Source: Phoronis australis
Lineage: Eukaryota > Animalia > Phoronida
NCBI GenBank assembly: GCA_002633005.1
Contig: NMRA01000538.1
Span: 62,001-126,000, forward strand
Length of the DNA: 64,000 bases
Reading direction: 5' to 3'
In this document: one piece after another, positions 63,154 to 64,000 of the stretch
How positions within the stretch are numbered: position 1 is the first letter of the stretch
Layout: the number at the start of each line of letters is the position of its first letter
Program-made: the position numbers and the translations under genes
Notes under the pieces: generated by a model
Told to the model about the DNA's origin: nothing
Seen by the model: the letters and a program-made list of their open reading frames with translations, nothing else
Databases searched by the model: none

Positions 63154-64000
63154 ACCACGTGGTGTTCAGTTCATCATTGATTTTTCATCATGCTTCCAGT
63201 GGTTGTTTTCATGGCATAGCTGAAATAATGGATTAACATGTATCATTATGTACTGGAAACTCTATGACTTAGTTTTCTAGTAGAATTTTGCTATTTCTAA
63301 AATTACCGACTAAGTCCGCCAAGCGCAAACCGCAAAGCTGATAATTCCATGTAAAAACCCGTCATTGTGGACTCAGTGTTTGGAGTTAAAATCTCGAAAC
63401 AAATAAACAAACTAAAACATCAGATAGACAATTTGATATATACTGGTTACGACAAATTATCCTTTTCTTTTAACATTACAGAAATCAAATCTAATCTTAT
63501 TATGTGTGCAATTTGTTAGTTAGGCTATATGCATAACGTCCAGAGTGGGCCGCAGGCACATTAGAAACAGGACCAGTGTCATGATACCTTGTACTTTATA
63601 ACAGATGTACAAGCAAGAACCACTAGGATCAATCCCCATGAAATTATCATGACTGTTTCGATGTAATTCATTTAGTGTGAAGCAGAGCAATATAATCACT
63701 GCAACAATGACTTCTACAATAATTCTATGGAGTGTGGTAGATAATTGGCCTGTGCATCATGTGATCCTTAAACAAAAGACTGCCGAGGATGCTTAACAAT
63801 AGATCAGGTTAATATCCAATTTGAAAACTGTTAGTTCCCTGAGGAGTAGAAAGTGATGCTTGGTTCTCAAAATCAAAGACCACCAAAAAGTACTATTGCT
63901 ATTATTGAACACTTTGTTATAAATAGCTATCAGAAAAATTGGTCACCTGTTATTTCAGATGCAGTCTCTATTGCGAGCAAATGATAGCAATATACAAAAG

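Overview
Eukaryotic (intron-containing, AT-rich, invertebrate animal-like) genomic DNA from a draft assembly, with N gaps at 13800-14117 and 35041-35422 and a single N at 37820. Four protein-coding genes can be rebuilt by hand from splice sites and reading-frame phase. (1) The terminal exon of a fibrinogen-related (FReD) gene (+, 451-713). (2) A 13-coding-exon, ~770-aa homolog of the shelterin/telomerase-recruitment protein TPP1 (ACD) on the minus strand (5657-18477); the ORF track shows it only as scattered fragments. (3) par-6 (+, 3 exons, 20937-49012, 337 aa), head-to-head with the TPP1 gene, as ACD and PARD6A are in human. (4) An ANKRD60-like ubiquitin-like+ankyrin gene with a long charged C-terminal extension (-, 9 exons, 52553-63153, ~522 aa). 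Introns contain many non-autonomous DNA transposons/MITEs, long foldback palindromes, a tRNA-derived SINE-like head and CTCF-like motif clusters. A ~3-kb duplicated block in par-6 intron 2 is probably two uncollapsed haplotypes and exposes a filled/empty transposon site. All homology calls come from remembered family motifs, not from database searches.
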